A DNA stretch of 64,000 bases. It comes from Thecamonas trahens ATCC 50062. Lineage: Eukaryota; Protista; Apusomonadida. Location of the stretch: positions 1 through 64,000 of the forward strand of contig NW_013657616.1 of the NCBI RefSeq assembly GCF_000142905.1. The letters run 5' to 3'. A program made the translations under genes and the position numbers. The notes beneath the pieces were generated by a model. The model worked only from the letters and a program-made list of their open reading frames with translations, was not told the origin of the DNA and did not search any database. Below, piece by piece: positions 47,401 through 56,627 of this stretch (position 1 is its first letter; each line of letters begins with the position of its first letter).

Positions 47401-47993
47401 CGCAGGAGGAGATGGCCGAGCCGGACCTCCGCGACGTGCGGCAGTACTCGCGGCTGGCCGCACTGGTGGACCGCAACGGCGGCTTGTTCTCGATGCAGGA
47501 CTCGCTTGCGCTTGAGGACGTCATCACCAAGATCTCTACGACCGAGTACGTGGCCTCGCTCTCGGCCTCGCAGCGGGCGTTCAACCGCATCACGCTTGGC
47601 GAGCTCCTCTCGGAGATCGAGCAGCCGTTCAAGACGCCTCAGCTGACGGTCAAGCTCCGCGAGCAGGCTGGGCGCTCGCAGCAGTCGCTTGTCATCCAGG
47701 GCAAGCGCTGGTTCTACTGGACGCCCGAGGAGGAGGCCGCCCGCAAGCGGAGCCTCGTTGCCGCCAAGGTCCTCATCGCCGACGCGGCCGTGGCCTACGG
47801 ATCGGCCGCCGAGGGTGGAAGCGGAGCAAGCGATGCGCCGCATGCTGTCCCACCTGCCGATGGCGGTGATGGCGTCGGCAGCGATGATCCGGTTGCCGCC
47901 GCTGTTGCTGCCGCGCGGGCAAGCATGGCGCGGGTCGACTCGCCGACAGCCGAGCGCAATGCTGTTCTTGCGCGGGGTGCCATGCGGGAGTGA
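44493..47993 (+). CDS. Multi-CBM20 (about 7) plus AMPK-beta-type CBM48 glucan-binding protein
   Basis: Repeated CBM20 motifs (VCGSAHELGKW, GGHPVLGAWDP, GPTPQLGRWDP, SGSLPLLGQWDP; EYKY..WE..NR) and a CBM48-like segment AWRHGGRSGFVRGSF..LVPGRYQVVFEVDG. Confidence 0.85.
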   Translation: MHTPTHVRFKVSVPVGATQWGEYLAVCGSAHELGKWSASGAMRLELLPGGSVTSGGSSTGAGAGGAGGAGAGAGGDGVGQMSGCGKKSLASQSPVAGRVAGDGGGGGGGGGEESEAGRCIWCGDIELALPLPGVLQFNYVVVGENGEAKRWDVAGVRTIPLALVEHALIVDEVCLKAGAGDAAAEDGEGANNVDDVEDAGVEAEARPAFRLISFSVVLPSPLAESHTALLHTNAGLAGAMWSSVAMGRLPRRVGGRVADTFRVDMWLAPQMATAERLAALRFKFAASAHPPVPQMWEAVTDRTLPEALPGAGSVVVAAEWNVSLPNVAGLVLEAAVPDDSSFAVLAGGHPVLGAWDPMGGVVLGKSGTGTGCAVVAIAAHAGFAPHGFEYKYVKVVGVQFEWEALGGNRSSGVLHGSELTEQFGVMPAGRALVHLRVDAAFEASLPAAVDVVASLGTGDGAVVARRRMLRLEPDEAFVAVVVVEAASKENVALRYVFVACESGEETTMREIPLPGAGEYVYVHDTWLAPPPLVGVALRVSATPHGSRALVCGPTPQLGRWDPARAPVLSADNAAVLWMHPNAVAKLEYKLAALDEGLGGAYVWENCSTRKVPPTWRPPISVVHAVFDDAPVQVDVYLDVVAPLQTGHSVALVAGEGATPVAMTRSAPAVWSTSLRLDRNSRVRYSYVLLDGRRREVAGKAVLACAAERRTLHVGETPSVVNDVWGVASGQFVLVKFAVQLPSCGPSSGLCVAVSGSLPLLGQWDPAAAVRMRRAGENEYRVALNLPYEALRQLEYKYVIVDEHAPTASRWEARGNRSVVPGIYTSLWLRDAWVGEMPSAPSTPRISALDIDVDFGSQSDVLVVPVHLAWRHGGRSGFVRGSFTSPPFERRLPLGQASDGSLSLRLGLVPGRYQVVFEVDGVTRFASYAPMEYVPTLQAVANVMVVAPDAEAQPEFPPPPEDVQGAQVWYTQEEMAEPDLRDVRQYSRLAALVDRNGGLFSMQDSLALEDVITKISTTEYVASLSASQRAFNRITLGELLSEIEQPFKTPQLTVKLREQAGRSQQSLVIQGKRWFYWTPEEEAARKRSLVAAKVLIADAAVAYGSAAEGGSGASDAPHAVPPADGGDGVGSDDPVAAAVAAARASMARVDSPTAERNAVLARGAMRE

Positions 47994-48013
47994 ACGTGCA
48001 GTGTGTGAGAGGG

Positions 48014-48225
48014 ACGATTAACTGAACGTGAGTTAATCATAGGTGGGTACAATTACCTGAACGTGAGTTAATCGAGGGGTGGTGGTGGGTGGGGTACGAT
48101 TACCTGAACGTGAGTTAATCGAGGGGTGGTGGTGGGTGGGGTACGATTAACTGAACGTGAGTTAATCGAGGGGTGGGGTGGGTGGGGTACGATTAACTGA
48201 ACGTGAGTTAATCGAGGGGTGGGGT
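48014..48225. repeat. About 49-bp tandem repeat x5 with a 9-bp inverted repeat (cgattaact-gaacgtg-agttaatcg) and a G-rich spacer
   Basis: Directly visible. Confidence 0.9.
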
Positions 48226-48314
48226 GGCACACTGCTCGCAGCTCGTCGTGGGCGCGAAGCAGAGGGAGGTGGACCAGGCGAGGGAAGAGCGGGCGGCTTG
48301 GCGAAAGGAGCGAG

Positions 48315-51300
48315 ATGAAGAGTGGAGGAATTGTATGGGAAGGTAGAGCAGCAGCTGATGACCTTCCCCAGCCATACCGCTATGTGTATAGCATGGTCGA
48401 CGAGCTGGTCTCCTCAGCCATGTCCATTGCCCATGCCAAAGGCCAGCGGACACTCGCCCGCCACTCGGCCGCCCACTACCACGCACAAGCCACTGCCCTC
48501 CACCCCCTCTTCCAGATCTCAGCCCTCGGTCCCATCTCCGCCCTCGCCACCGATGCTGCTCCCTCTGCCCGCCATCTCTCTGTCTCGCCTCGTCTTACCC
48601 GACCCGGTCGAGGCCGAGACGGACATGGTGCGCCTGATGGTCGAGGCCGAGACGGACATGGTGCGCCTGATGGTCGAGGCCGAGACGGACATGGTGCGCC
48701 TGATGGTCGAGGCCGAGACGGACATGGTGCGCCTGATGGTCGAGGCCGAGACGGACATGGTGCGCCTGATGGTCGAGGCCGAGACGGACATGGTGCTGCC
48801 AGTGAGGAGGATGACGGCAGGGAGTGGCCCATACTCGCTATTGGCTCGGTCTCGGGTACAGTCACCTTGGTCGACGCCAAACCAGGTAGCGTGGTCCTCG
48901 CTGGCGTCCTCGATCTCCTCACTCTGCTGCCGGAGCACTTGGTCGAGGCTCTCCGACTGCCTGATGACGACCGCATCGACAACGGGGCTGGGTCAAGTGC
49001 GCAGCGAACTGCGTCCAAGCCTGAGCGGAGTCGTGGACAGCGCTCAGAACGTCCGCCGTCTGCTCGAGCCACAGCATCATCAACGCGAGCGGCGCGGACA
49101 GGGAAGGGCGGAAAGACAGCAGCGTCAGGGAGGACAGCAAAGATGGCGGACAAGAACAAGGCCAAGGGCAAGATGCCGTCCAGCGGCAAGGCTAAGGGCA
49201 AGGCCCAAGCCAAGCGCAAGTCACGGCAACAGCCAGATGATGACGGGTGGCGTGCATCCGCTGAGCTACGCAAGCATCCGTTCGCAGTCAAGGCCTTGGC
49301 GGTGCACGGCGATGTGGTTGTTGTCCGCCTCGCCCGCTGCGTCGTTGTCATCCGTCTCGACCTTGCCGCAGATTATGCTCGCGCTGGCAGAGGGCTGACC
49401 GTCGTCGATGATGCCGGCAATGCCGACGATAGCAGCAGGCGCGGGTCGAGGTCGCGGACAAAGAGCAAGTCTGGCAAGAGCAAATCGACGGGCAAGGAGG
49501 CTTCAGGTGAGAGCGAGCCGCGTAGCAATCGCGTCATTGCTCTCCTCCCCAAAGCAGCGTCGGTCGCCATCGTCGCCACAGGCAGCGCCATCGTTCTCAC
49601 CCACGCCTCGGGCGAGGTCTCAATCTGGCCAATCGCCAGCCTCCCACCCCTCGACGAGAGCGGCTCGGCTAGCGGCCTGGACCTTCCGCGCCATGACGAC
49701 TACCTTCTCGTTGCACCGCCGCTTCCTCGCATGACCGACGTGGCCGTCGCCGTGGTGGCGCGGCCCGCAGAGACGATCCTCGTCTGGTGGCGCGGGTACA
49801 ACACGTTGCGGCGGTTCGCAGCGCCTGCACCGCCTGTCGCCAACAACGACGACGACAGCAACGAGGACAGTGAGAGCGATGCCGGTGGCAAGCTGCTGGT
49901 GGCGCGCCCAGACTATGTCTTTCCAGCGCCGATCACGTCGGTGGCGTCATCACCGGGTAGCGGGCGGCTGACGGCCGTGGGGCTGGCAACCGGTGCAGTG
50001 GTGGTGTACGACAACGAGTACGGGACTGAGCGGTACGTTGTGACGCTCAAGACCGGCGCCGTCAAGCATCTCCTTCTGTTAGGGTCCGAATACCTCGTGG
50101 CTGCCCTCCAGCGCGCCTCTGAGCTCTACCTCTTTTCCCTCGCTCGCGGTTGTGCTAGGACCTGTGTCCCGCTCGGCCACAAGTTGGTCACCCTCTCACG
50201 CATCGGCGCGACACGGATGGTTCTTGCCCACACTCGCGCTGCTACTACCTCGCACTACGTCGCGCTCGATCCGGTCGCCGGTCACGAAGTCGCTGCTCTC
50301 GCCATCGATCCGCTCTGGTCCCCGCTCCGCCGGCTCTGTGCGCCCTACCTCGATACGTCCGGTGCGTATGCCATCGTCGCTCTGCGGTGGACCGGCGAGC
50401 CGCCGCAACCCGCGCCCAAGCTTGCGGTCGATGATGGCGCGGGAGAAGACTCTGGCAGCGATACCGGTGACGCCGCGGGTGGCGAGGGTGAGGACGGCGA
50501 GCAGGCTGTCGATGCCGCTGCCGGCGACAAAGCCAAGGTCGAGGCTTCGCCCAAATCGCGGCTGAAGCGACGGCTCGACATGGGCACGCCGGATATCAGG
50601 GTTGTCCTCAACGGCGCATCCGAGTCTGGCGACGATGATGACGACGACGAAGGCAGCGGCGGGATCAGCGACGATAGCCTCGACTTGAGCCGAAGCAGGG
50701 TCGCACGGATTGGCGGGAAGGCTGCCGACCGGCACTTGCTTCAGGTCCCGCGGCCACAGAAGCGGCGGCGGAAGCGGCGACAACTCAAGGCGTCCGGGGT
50801 CGGTGGGAGTGGCGGAAGTGGCGGAAGTGGCCGCGGACGAGCCGGATCGATACGCGGGCGGCGAGGAGGGCGGCCGAACGGAGGCGTCGGCGGAGGTGTC
50901 GGCGTTGGCGGTGTCGACAAGCACTTCAGTGGGGGCAAGGATAGCGAGGGTTCTGCTGGCGATGACAATGGACTCGACGACGATGACCACGAGGTGGTGG
51001 ATATCGACGCTGGGCCGCGGTGCACACTCGCGCTGTTCTCTGTGGCCGAGGTGGCCGTGGGCCGGCAGGCGGACCAAGTGGTGGCGTACAAGCCTGCGGC
51101 GGCGTTTGCAAGCGCTGCAGCGGTGGCAGCTGCGCGCGATGCGCGGGCGGCAACGCCAAGTGCAAGCGGCTACCTTCGCGCGCCGAGCTCTGAGACGGCG
51201 GTGGTGGCGATCTCGCAGCTGGACGAGGGGCGGAGGAGCCAGGCACTGCTTAGCCGGGCCCAGATGGCAGCGATGGACACGTCGCTGACAGCCGACGATG

Positions 51301-51644
51301 GGCTGGTACCTGATGCTGGGGCTGGTGGGGCGGATCCGCTTGCGGCGCGCAGCGCGCGGCAGCGGGTGGTGCAGAGGGTGCTCTCACGGAGCTCGAGCCG
51401 GACAGCGCGGCGCGCGCGGTCTGTAGCGCGGACGCAGCGGACGAGCGCCGCGCTCGCCCGCGGCAGCGACGAACTCGCAGCGTTTATCGTAGCCATGGAC
51501 GCCGATGGCGGACTACCAGCCGAGTGGCACGCGGCGGCGGCAGCGGCCGAGATGGCTGCGGCGGGGCCGGCACGGAGCGAGGCGGCACGGCGGCGGGAGA
51601 TGGCACGTGCAGCGGCATCAAGCCGAGCGGCGAGGCGACGATAG
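48315..51644 (+). CDS. WDR93-like (ciliary) WD40 protein with low-complexity insertions
   Basis: N-terminal DDLPQPYRYVYSMVDELV resembles the recalled WDR93 motif LPQPYRMINKLV. WD-like strands FPAPITSVASSP..AVGLATGAVVVYD. Confidence 0.6.
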   Translation: MKSGGIVWEGRAAADDLPQPYRYVYSMVDELVSSAMSIAHAKGQRTLARHSAAHYHAQATALHPLFQISALGPISALATDAAPSARHLSVSPRLTRPGRGRDGHGAPDGRGRDGHGAPDGRGRDGHGAPDGRGRDGHGAPDGRGRDGHGAPDGRGRDGHGAASEEDDGREWPILAIGSVSGTVTLVDAKPGSVVLAGVLDLLTLLPEHLVEALRLPDDDRIDNGAGSSAQRTASKPERSRGQRSERPPSARATASSTRAARTGKGGKTAASGRTAKMADKNKAKGKMPSSGKAKGKAQAKRKSRQQPDDDGWRASAELRKHPFAVKALAVHGDVVVVRLARCVVVIRLDLAADYARAGRGLTVVDDAGNADDSSRRGSRSRTKSKSGKSKSTGKEASGESEPRSNRVIALLPKAASVAIVATGSAIVLTHASGEVSIWPIASLPPLDESGSASGLDLPRHDDYLLVAPPLPRMTDVAVAVVARPAETILVWWRGYNTLRRFAAPAPPVANNDDDSNEDSESDAGGKLLVARPDYVFPAPITSVASSPGSGRLTAVGLATGAVVVYDNEYGTERYVVTLKTGAVKHLLLLGSEYLVAALQRASELYLFSLARGCARTCVPLGHKLVTLSRIGATRMVLAHTRAATTSHYVALDPVAGHEVAALAIDPLWSPLRRLCAPYLDTSGAYAIVALRWTGEPPQPAPKLAVDDGAGEDSGSDTGDAAGGEGEDGEQAVDAAAGDKAKVEASPKSRLKRRLDMGTPDIRVVLNGASESGDDDDDDEGSGGISDDSLDLSRSRVARIGGKAADRHLLQVPRPQKRRRKRRQLKASGVGGSGGSGGSGRGRAGSIRGRRGGRPNGGVGGGVGVGGVDKHFSGGKDSEGSAGDDNGLDDDDHEVVDIDAGPRCTLALFSVAEVAVGRQADQVVAYKPAAAFASAAAVAAARDARAATPSASGYLRAPSSETAVVAISQLDEGRRSQALLSRAQMAAMDTSLTADDGLVPDAGAGGADPLAARSARQRVVQRVLSRSSSRTARRARSVARTQRTSAALARGSDELAAFIVAMDADGGLPAEWHAAAAAAEMAAAGPARSEAARRREMARAAASSRAARRR
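48606..48796 (+). repeat. In-frame 33-bp tandem repeat x5.8 (GRGRDGHGAPD)
   Basis: Identical copies of ggtcgaggccgagacggacatggtgcgcctgat. Confidence 0.95.
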
Positions 51645-51661
51645 GCATGTGTGCGGATGCG

Positions 51662-53167
51662 CTAGTACGCGGCGAGCGCGGCAAGCCACTTGTGAACAAA
51701 GTCGGCAGTGAGAGCCAGGTACATGAAGGGATCGTCATCGCCGTCAGCGTTGGTAAAGGTGGCGTAGGCCGAGGATGGGTCGTCGGGCGATCTGCGCTGA
51801 GCGACCGAGGGCTCGATGTGGGTGCCCTCGTGCCACTCGTTGAACGAGGTGATGGAGAGGTAGGCAAGGTGCGGAGAGATGGCGTTGGCGTCGTCAAAGT
51901 AGGCCGAGTAGTAGGCACCGGCAGAGCGGGCCTTTGTGTTTGCGGCGTTCCAGGGGCGGACCTGGACGTCGTCGTAGCCCGGACCGATGGAGGGGACGAA
52001 GAGGAGCGAGTGGGAGGCGGCCCATGCGGCGAGACGCGGCCAGGCCGACGAGCGCGATCCGTCGGTAAAGCCATTGGAGGCAAAGTAGGTGTAAATGCCA
52101 TCAAAGCCTGCAGTGGTGACAAAGGGCTCGGAGGAGCGGTCGAGGTAGAGCGAGAGAAAGATGGCGTCGGCGGGTGTCTTGCGGACGGAGAGATCGCCGG
52201 CTGGGGTGAGGAGGCGGGCCCAGTCGGCGGCGGGCAAGAGGTACGAGTCGTAGACGTAGTGCATGGGCAGACCAGATGCCGGATCCCGGAAGAGAGCCGG
52301 TGAGTCGCCCCATGTGGCGGCGATGTAAGCGAGGTCGGCGGCGAGCGAGTCTGCCGAGCGGCCCTTGTACGGCTCGAGGTGGAGGGCGATGGCCATACCG
52401 GTGGCCTCAGCGACGTCAAATATGAGCGGGAGGCGCGGATGGGAGCCGACGCCCTCGCCATCGGCGCCGGATGTGCCGTGCCAGGAGACGACGACGACAC
52501 CGACGCCTGCGTCAAGGAGCCATGCAAAGTGCTGAGCGATGGTGCTGCGGGAGGAGGAGGAGTACGGGCCGAGGAGCGGGTAGAACGAGGCGCCGATGTC
52601 GTGAGGCGGCGCGTGGCGCGAGCCGATTTCCGGGAAGCGGGCGTTGGTGGCGTCGGTCCAGTGCGGCAGGTACTCGTGGTTCCAGTGCTCCCACTTGCCG
52701 TCGGTCTCCGGCTCTGCGTACCACGGGTAGTAGAAGATGTGGACATTGGTCGAGGCCGTCTCTCCACCGTGGGCGACGTCAGCGTCGTCCCCGATGGTCA
52801 TCTTGTCGGGCTTGACGGGCGGAGGGCGAGCCGAGGGTGTGGGGGTGATTATCCCATCTGTGTCCGCCGGGACATTTGCCGACGCTTCCACCGGGACAGC
52901 ATGTCGCGGTGGTGTTGTAGGTACGGGAGCAACGTCGTCCGGTGTGTGGAGAGAGAGCATGACGAGGCCGAGAGTGACGATGCCTGTGGCGAGGAGGGCG
53001 GCAAAGACAGCGAGTGTCGGCAGGGTGCCCCAGGCGCGGCGACGGGAAGCAGCGGCGGAGCGGCGAGGTGAGGCATGGCCATGAGTACGGGTCGGGGCCG
53101 GGGAGCTCATGGCGGCTTCCACGTCGGACTCGCCAGTCGTGGCTGGAGGCAGCCGGTGGCGGAACAT
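51662..53167 (-). CDS. MANEA: Glycoprotein endo-alpha-1,2-mannosidase (GH99), type II membrane protein
   Basis: TM anchor, HIFYYPWY, HWNHEYLPHW, DIGASFYPLLGPYSS, LHLEPY, and the catalytic ITSFNEWHEGTHIEP motif. Confidence 0.95.
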   Translation of the reverse strand: MFRHRLPPATTGESDVEAAMSSPAPTRTHGHASPRRSAAASRRRAWGTLPTLAVFAALLATGIVTLGLVMLSLHTPDDVAPVPTTPPRHAVPVEASANVPADTDGIITPTPSARPPPVKPDKMTIGDDADVAHGGETASTNVHIFYYPWYAEPETDGKWEHWNHEYLPHWTDATNARFPEIGSRHAPPHDIGASFYPLLGPYSSSSRSTIAQHFAWLLDAGVGVVVVSWHGTSGADGEGVGSHPRLPLIFDVAEATGMAIALHLEPYKGRSADSLAADLAYIAATWGDSPALFRDPASGLPMHYVYDSYLLPAADWARLLTPAGDLSVRKTPADAIFLSLYLDRSSEPFVTTAGFDGIYTYFASNGFTDGSRSSAWPRLAAWAASHSLLFVPSIGPGYDDVQVRPWNAANTKARSAGAYYSAYFDDANAISPHLAYLSITSFNEWHEGTHIEPSVAQRRSPDDPSSAYATFTNADGDDDPFMYLALTADFVHKWLAALAAY

Positions 53168-53344
53168 GGCCCGAGTGGCGAGAGAGAGAGAGAGAGAAGA
53201 GAGGGGTGGCTGGGCGTCGATCATGTCGGCGGCTCGGGCTTTACCTTGGGGATGGATGGTGGCCGTGGGTGGCCGTGATCAGGTCGGGGGGGTATGAATG
53301 ATCAGGGGGGGGGGCGGGGGGTGGGGGCAGACGACGACGACGAA

Positions 53345-53444
53345 NNNNNNNNNNNNNNNNNNNNNNNNNNNNNNNNNNNNNNNNNNNNNNNNNNNNNNNN
53401 NNNNNNNNNNNNNNNNNNNNNNNNNNNNNNNNNNNNNNNNNNNN
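53345..53444. other. Assembly gap (100 N)
   Basis: N run. Confidence 1.
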
Positions 53445-53645
53445 AACATAGTAAACCAACAGAAGACAATTTCATACCATACACAGGCTCACCGGCAGTT
53501 CTCCCTCCCCCGCCCCTCTTCGTGGGTACTAGGACGGCTTCAAACACCCACGATGTGGACGTTCTACTCTTTGAGGCATGGCTTTCTATCTTGCAGGTTG
53601 GCGGGGGCGCGTGGGGCGTGACCCACGCGCAGCAGAGTGGGAAGG

Positions 53646-54219
53646 CGTGATCAGCTTGGAGCAGAACGCGAGGGCGTGATCAGCTCGCAGCAGAGCGCGA
53701 GGGCGTGATCAGCTCGCAGCAGAGCGCGAGGGGCGTGATCAGCTCGCAGCAGAGCGCGAGGGCGTGATCAGCTCGCAGCAGAGCGCGAGGGCGTGATCAG
53801 CTCGCAGCAGAGCGCGAGGGCGTGATCAGCTCGCAGCAGAGCGCGAGGGTGTGATCAGCTCGCAGCAGAGCGCGAGGGCGTGATCAGCTCGCAGCAGAGC
53901 GCGAGGGCGTGATCAGCTCGCAGAGCGCGAGGGCGTGATCAGCTCGCAGCAGAGCGCGAGGGTGTGATCAGCTCGCAGCAGAGCGCGAGGGCGTGATCAG
54001 CTCGCAGCAGAGCGCGAGGGCGTGATCAGCTCGCAGCAGAGCGCGAGGGTGTGATCAGCTCGCAGCAGAGCGCGAGGGCGTGATCAGCTCGCAGCAGAGC
54101 GCGAGGGCGTGATCAGCTCGCAGCAGAGCGCGAGGGTGTGATCAGCTCGCAGCAGAGCGCGAGGGCGTGATCAGCTCGCAGAGCGCGAGGGCGTGATCAG
54201 CTCGCAGCAGAGCGCGAGG
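53646..54219. repeat. 29-bp tandem repeat (gggcgtgatcagctcgcagcagagcgcga), about 19-20 copies
   Basis: Directly visible; variants are a C/T substitution and a 3-bp deletion. Confidence 0.95.
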
Positions 54220-54269
54220 CGCGAGGCGCGAGGGTGTAGAGGCTGGGAGAGCGACGCGACAATAAGACG

Positions 54270-56059
54270 TCAGAGGGTGGGGTCAACGAGGTCGGGCTGG
54301 ACAAAGGTGGCGGTGACGGACGGATCCGGGTAAACGTACTTGCGGTAGTGGAGGGTGACGGCGGCGCGGGCATCGGTCTGCCCGCCACCGGAGAAGAAGA
54401 CGTTCATCTTGTTGGAGGCGCCAAAGCGGCCCTGGATGACGCCGATGCCGCCGTTGGCCGCCGAGACTACCTTGAGCCCGGTGTACACGCCCGGGTCCGT
54501 GCCCTTGGGAAGAGGCCCTTGCAGATGGCCTCGCGCTCGTTCTTGAGCCGGGTGATGTGCCCGACCTTGGCCTTGACACGGAAGATCTTGAGTGCCCACG
54601 GTGTGTCGCTGTCAAACGGAGCCACCAGCGAGCCCGAGAAGGCCAGCCGGCACACGTTTCCGTCGACGTCGCTGTCGAGCCGCGAACCGATTATCATGGC
54701 GTCAGGCGCGCAGAGGACGGGTGACTCGAGCTCAAGCACCGCGTACGTCGTCGAGCCTGTCGGGTATGCCTCGGGACCCTCGAGCTCGCTCACGTCTAGG
54801 TACTCGTCGTCGTAGGAGAAGACGTGCGCGGGATGCGGCGCCGAATCGGCGGCCGACGCAGCATCCGATGAGCTGGCGGCCGACGATGAGCTGGCGGTCG
54901 AAGCGAGGCCGTGCGGGTCCTCGCCCGGGCCGACGGAGCGGAAGAACTGGAGCGTGGCCATGACAGTCTCGTGGCCGACGGTGAGGTGGAACTTAGCGCG
55001 CGACTTGATCTCGCCGCGAAAGTAGGGGATGCGCGAGACGCGGACGACGGCGGCCGAGACGGCGCGGATGGTGCCTGGGGCGCAGGCGAGGCCGCGCTCG
55101 AGGAGCTTGGCGTTGAGCTGGGCCACGCAGATGCCGAGGCGGTCGCCCTGGACGGCTCGCTCGACCGGTGCCTTGAACATCTGCATCGACTTGACCTTCT
55201 TGGACAGGCCGAGCGCCGGGAACTCGATGGTCTGCCCCACGGCAACCGAGCCGCGCTGGATGGTCCCGGTCACAACAGTGCCCTGGCCCTTGACCTGGAA
55301 GCAGTGGTCGATGGCAAAGAGGAACGCGTCCTCGGCTTCGTTGCGGGTCGGGAGGCGGACGGCGGCAGTGAGGGCGTCGACGAGGTCGCTGAGGCCATCA
55401 CCACTCGATGCCGAGACCGGGAGGATGTCTGAATTTGCAAAGGCTGTCGGCTTGAGCGTCGCCGCCACCCGCTTGGTCATCTTGGCCACCTTGCTCGCCC
55501 GCTTCTCTTCGGGAAAGAGATCGATCTTGTTGAGGGCGACCATGAGTGTGTCTGCTGTCAGCTCGCCGATGACCAGACACTCTGCGGTCTGCGTCTGGAA
55601 GCCTGCCTTGGCGTCGACCACCAGGACCATGATGTCGATGATGGAGGCGCCGCCGATGATGGTCTTGATCAGCGAGGCGTGTCCAGGGCAGTCAACGAGG
55701 GTAAACTGAATCTCATCGTACTTGTCGCCGACCGTCAACAAGCCCGACTCGTCCTCTTTTCCGGGATGATCACCGGTATCATTGCCGGATGTAGTACCGG
55801 AACAGATGTCAGGAGTACCATCATCATGCCCATCGAGTCGGAGGCCAGCGAGGGCTGGCGGGAGAGGTACACGAAGGGCAGAGAAGCCGAGGTCGAGGGT
55901 GATGCCTCTGACTTGGGATTGAGGGTGTTTGTCAAAGGCAGCCGTTGAAGCGAGTGTGGAGAGTGCCTTGGCTAGTGACGTCTTGCCCGAGTCGACGTGT
56001 CCGAGAAGGCCCACGTTGACGTTGAGCACACGACTCGCCGTCTTCGATGACGCCGCCAT
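54270..56059 (-). CDS. EEFSEC: Selenocysteine-specific elongation factor (eEFSec/SelB)
   Basis: NVNVGLLGHVDSGKTSLAKALS, RGITLDLGFS, DCPGHASLIKTIIGGA, NKID, DHCFQVKGQGTV and CRLAFSG. One extra C at the run 54507-54509 joins the C-terminal domain (GVIQGRFG..YRKYVY). Confidence 0.95.
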
Positions 56060-56117
56060 GGGTCGCAGCGAGTTGAGTGATGGTGTCATAGCAGGCTGAG
56101 GTGATGCTGGCGAGAGA

Positions 56118-56556
56118 ACGATTAATTGAACGATTGATTGAACGATTATGTGGACGATTATGTGGACGATTAATTGAGCGATTGATTGAACGATTATGTG
56201 GACGATTAATTGAACGATTGATTGAACGATTATGTGGACGATTAATTGAACGATTGATTGAACGATTATGTGGACGTTTATTTGGACGATTGATTGAACG
56301 ATTATGTGGACGTTTAATTGAACGATTGATTGAACGATTATGTGGACGTTTATTTGGACGATTGATTGAACGATTATGTGGACGTTTAATTGAACGATTG
56401 ATTGAACGATTATGTGGACGTTTAATTGAACGATTGATTGAACGATTATGTGGACGTTTATTTGGACGATTGATTGAACGATTATGTGGACGTTTATTTG
56501 GACGATTGATTGAACGATTATGTGGACGATTAATTGAACGATTGATTGAACGATTA
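56118..56556. repeat. AT-rich 12-bp variant minisatellite (acgattaattga / acgattgattga / acgattatgtgg / acgtttatttgg), about 36 units
   Basis: Directly visible. Confidence 0.95.
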
Positions 56557-56627
56557 TCGGGTTAGATCAACGACAACGCACAGCGGTACACACATGACTT
56601 GCCTCTCATCGGCGGGACTGGTCCTGT

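Noticed and set aside
48014-48225. CRISPR-like palindromic repeat with spacers (also considered for the arrays at 42034 and 53646)
   Set aside because: The spacers are near-identical rather than unique, there are no cas genes, and the context is eukaryotic.
53646-54219. SECIS-like element or TGA-recoding array 3' of eEFSec
   Set aside because: The unit lacks the AUGA..AA..GA SECIS core; it is a simple minisatellite.
7107-56059. Pseudogene calls for frameshifted genes such as RPC2, eEFSec and MDM31
   Set aside because: Sequence is conserved on both sides of each shift, there are no in-frame stops, and the shifts fall at homopolymer runs.
56101-56565. 154-aa ORF reading LIERLCGR repeatedly
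   Set aside because: It is the translation of a 12-bp minisatellite with atypical AT-rich composition.
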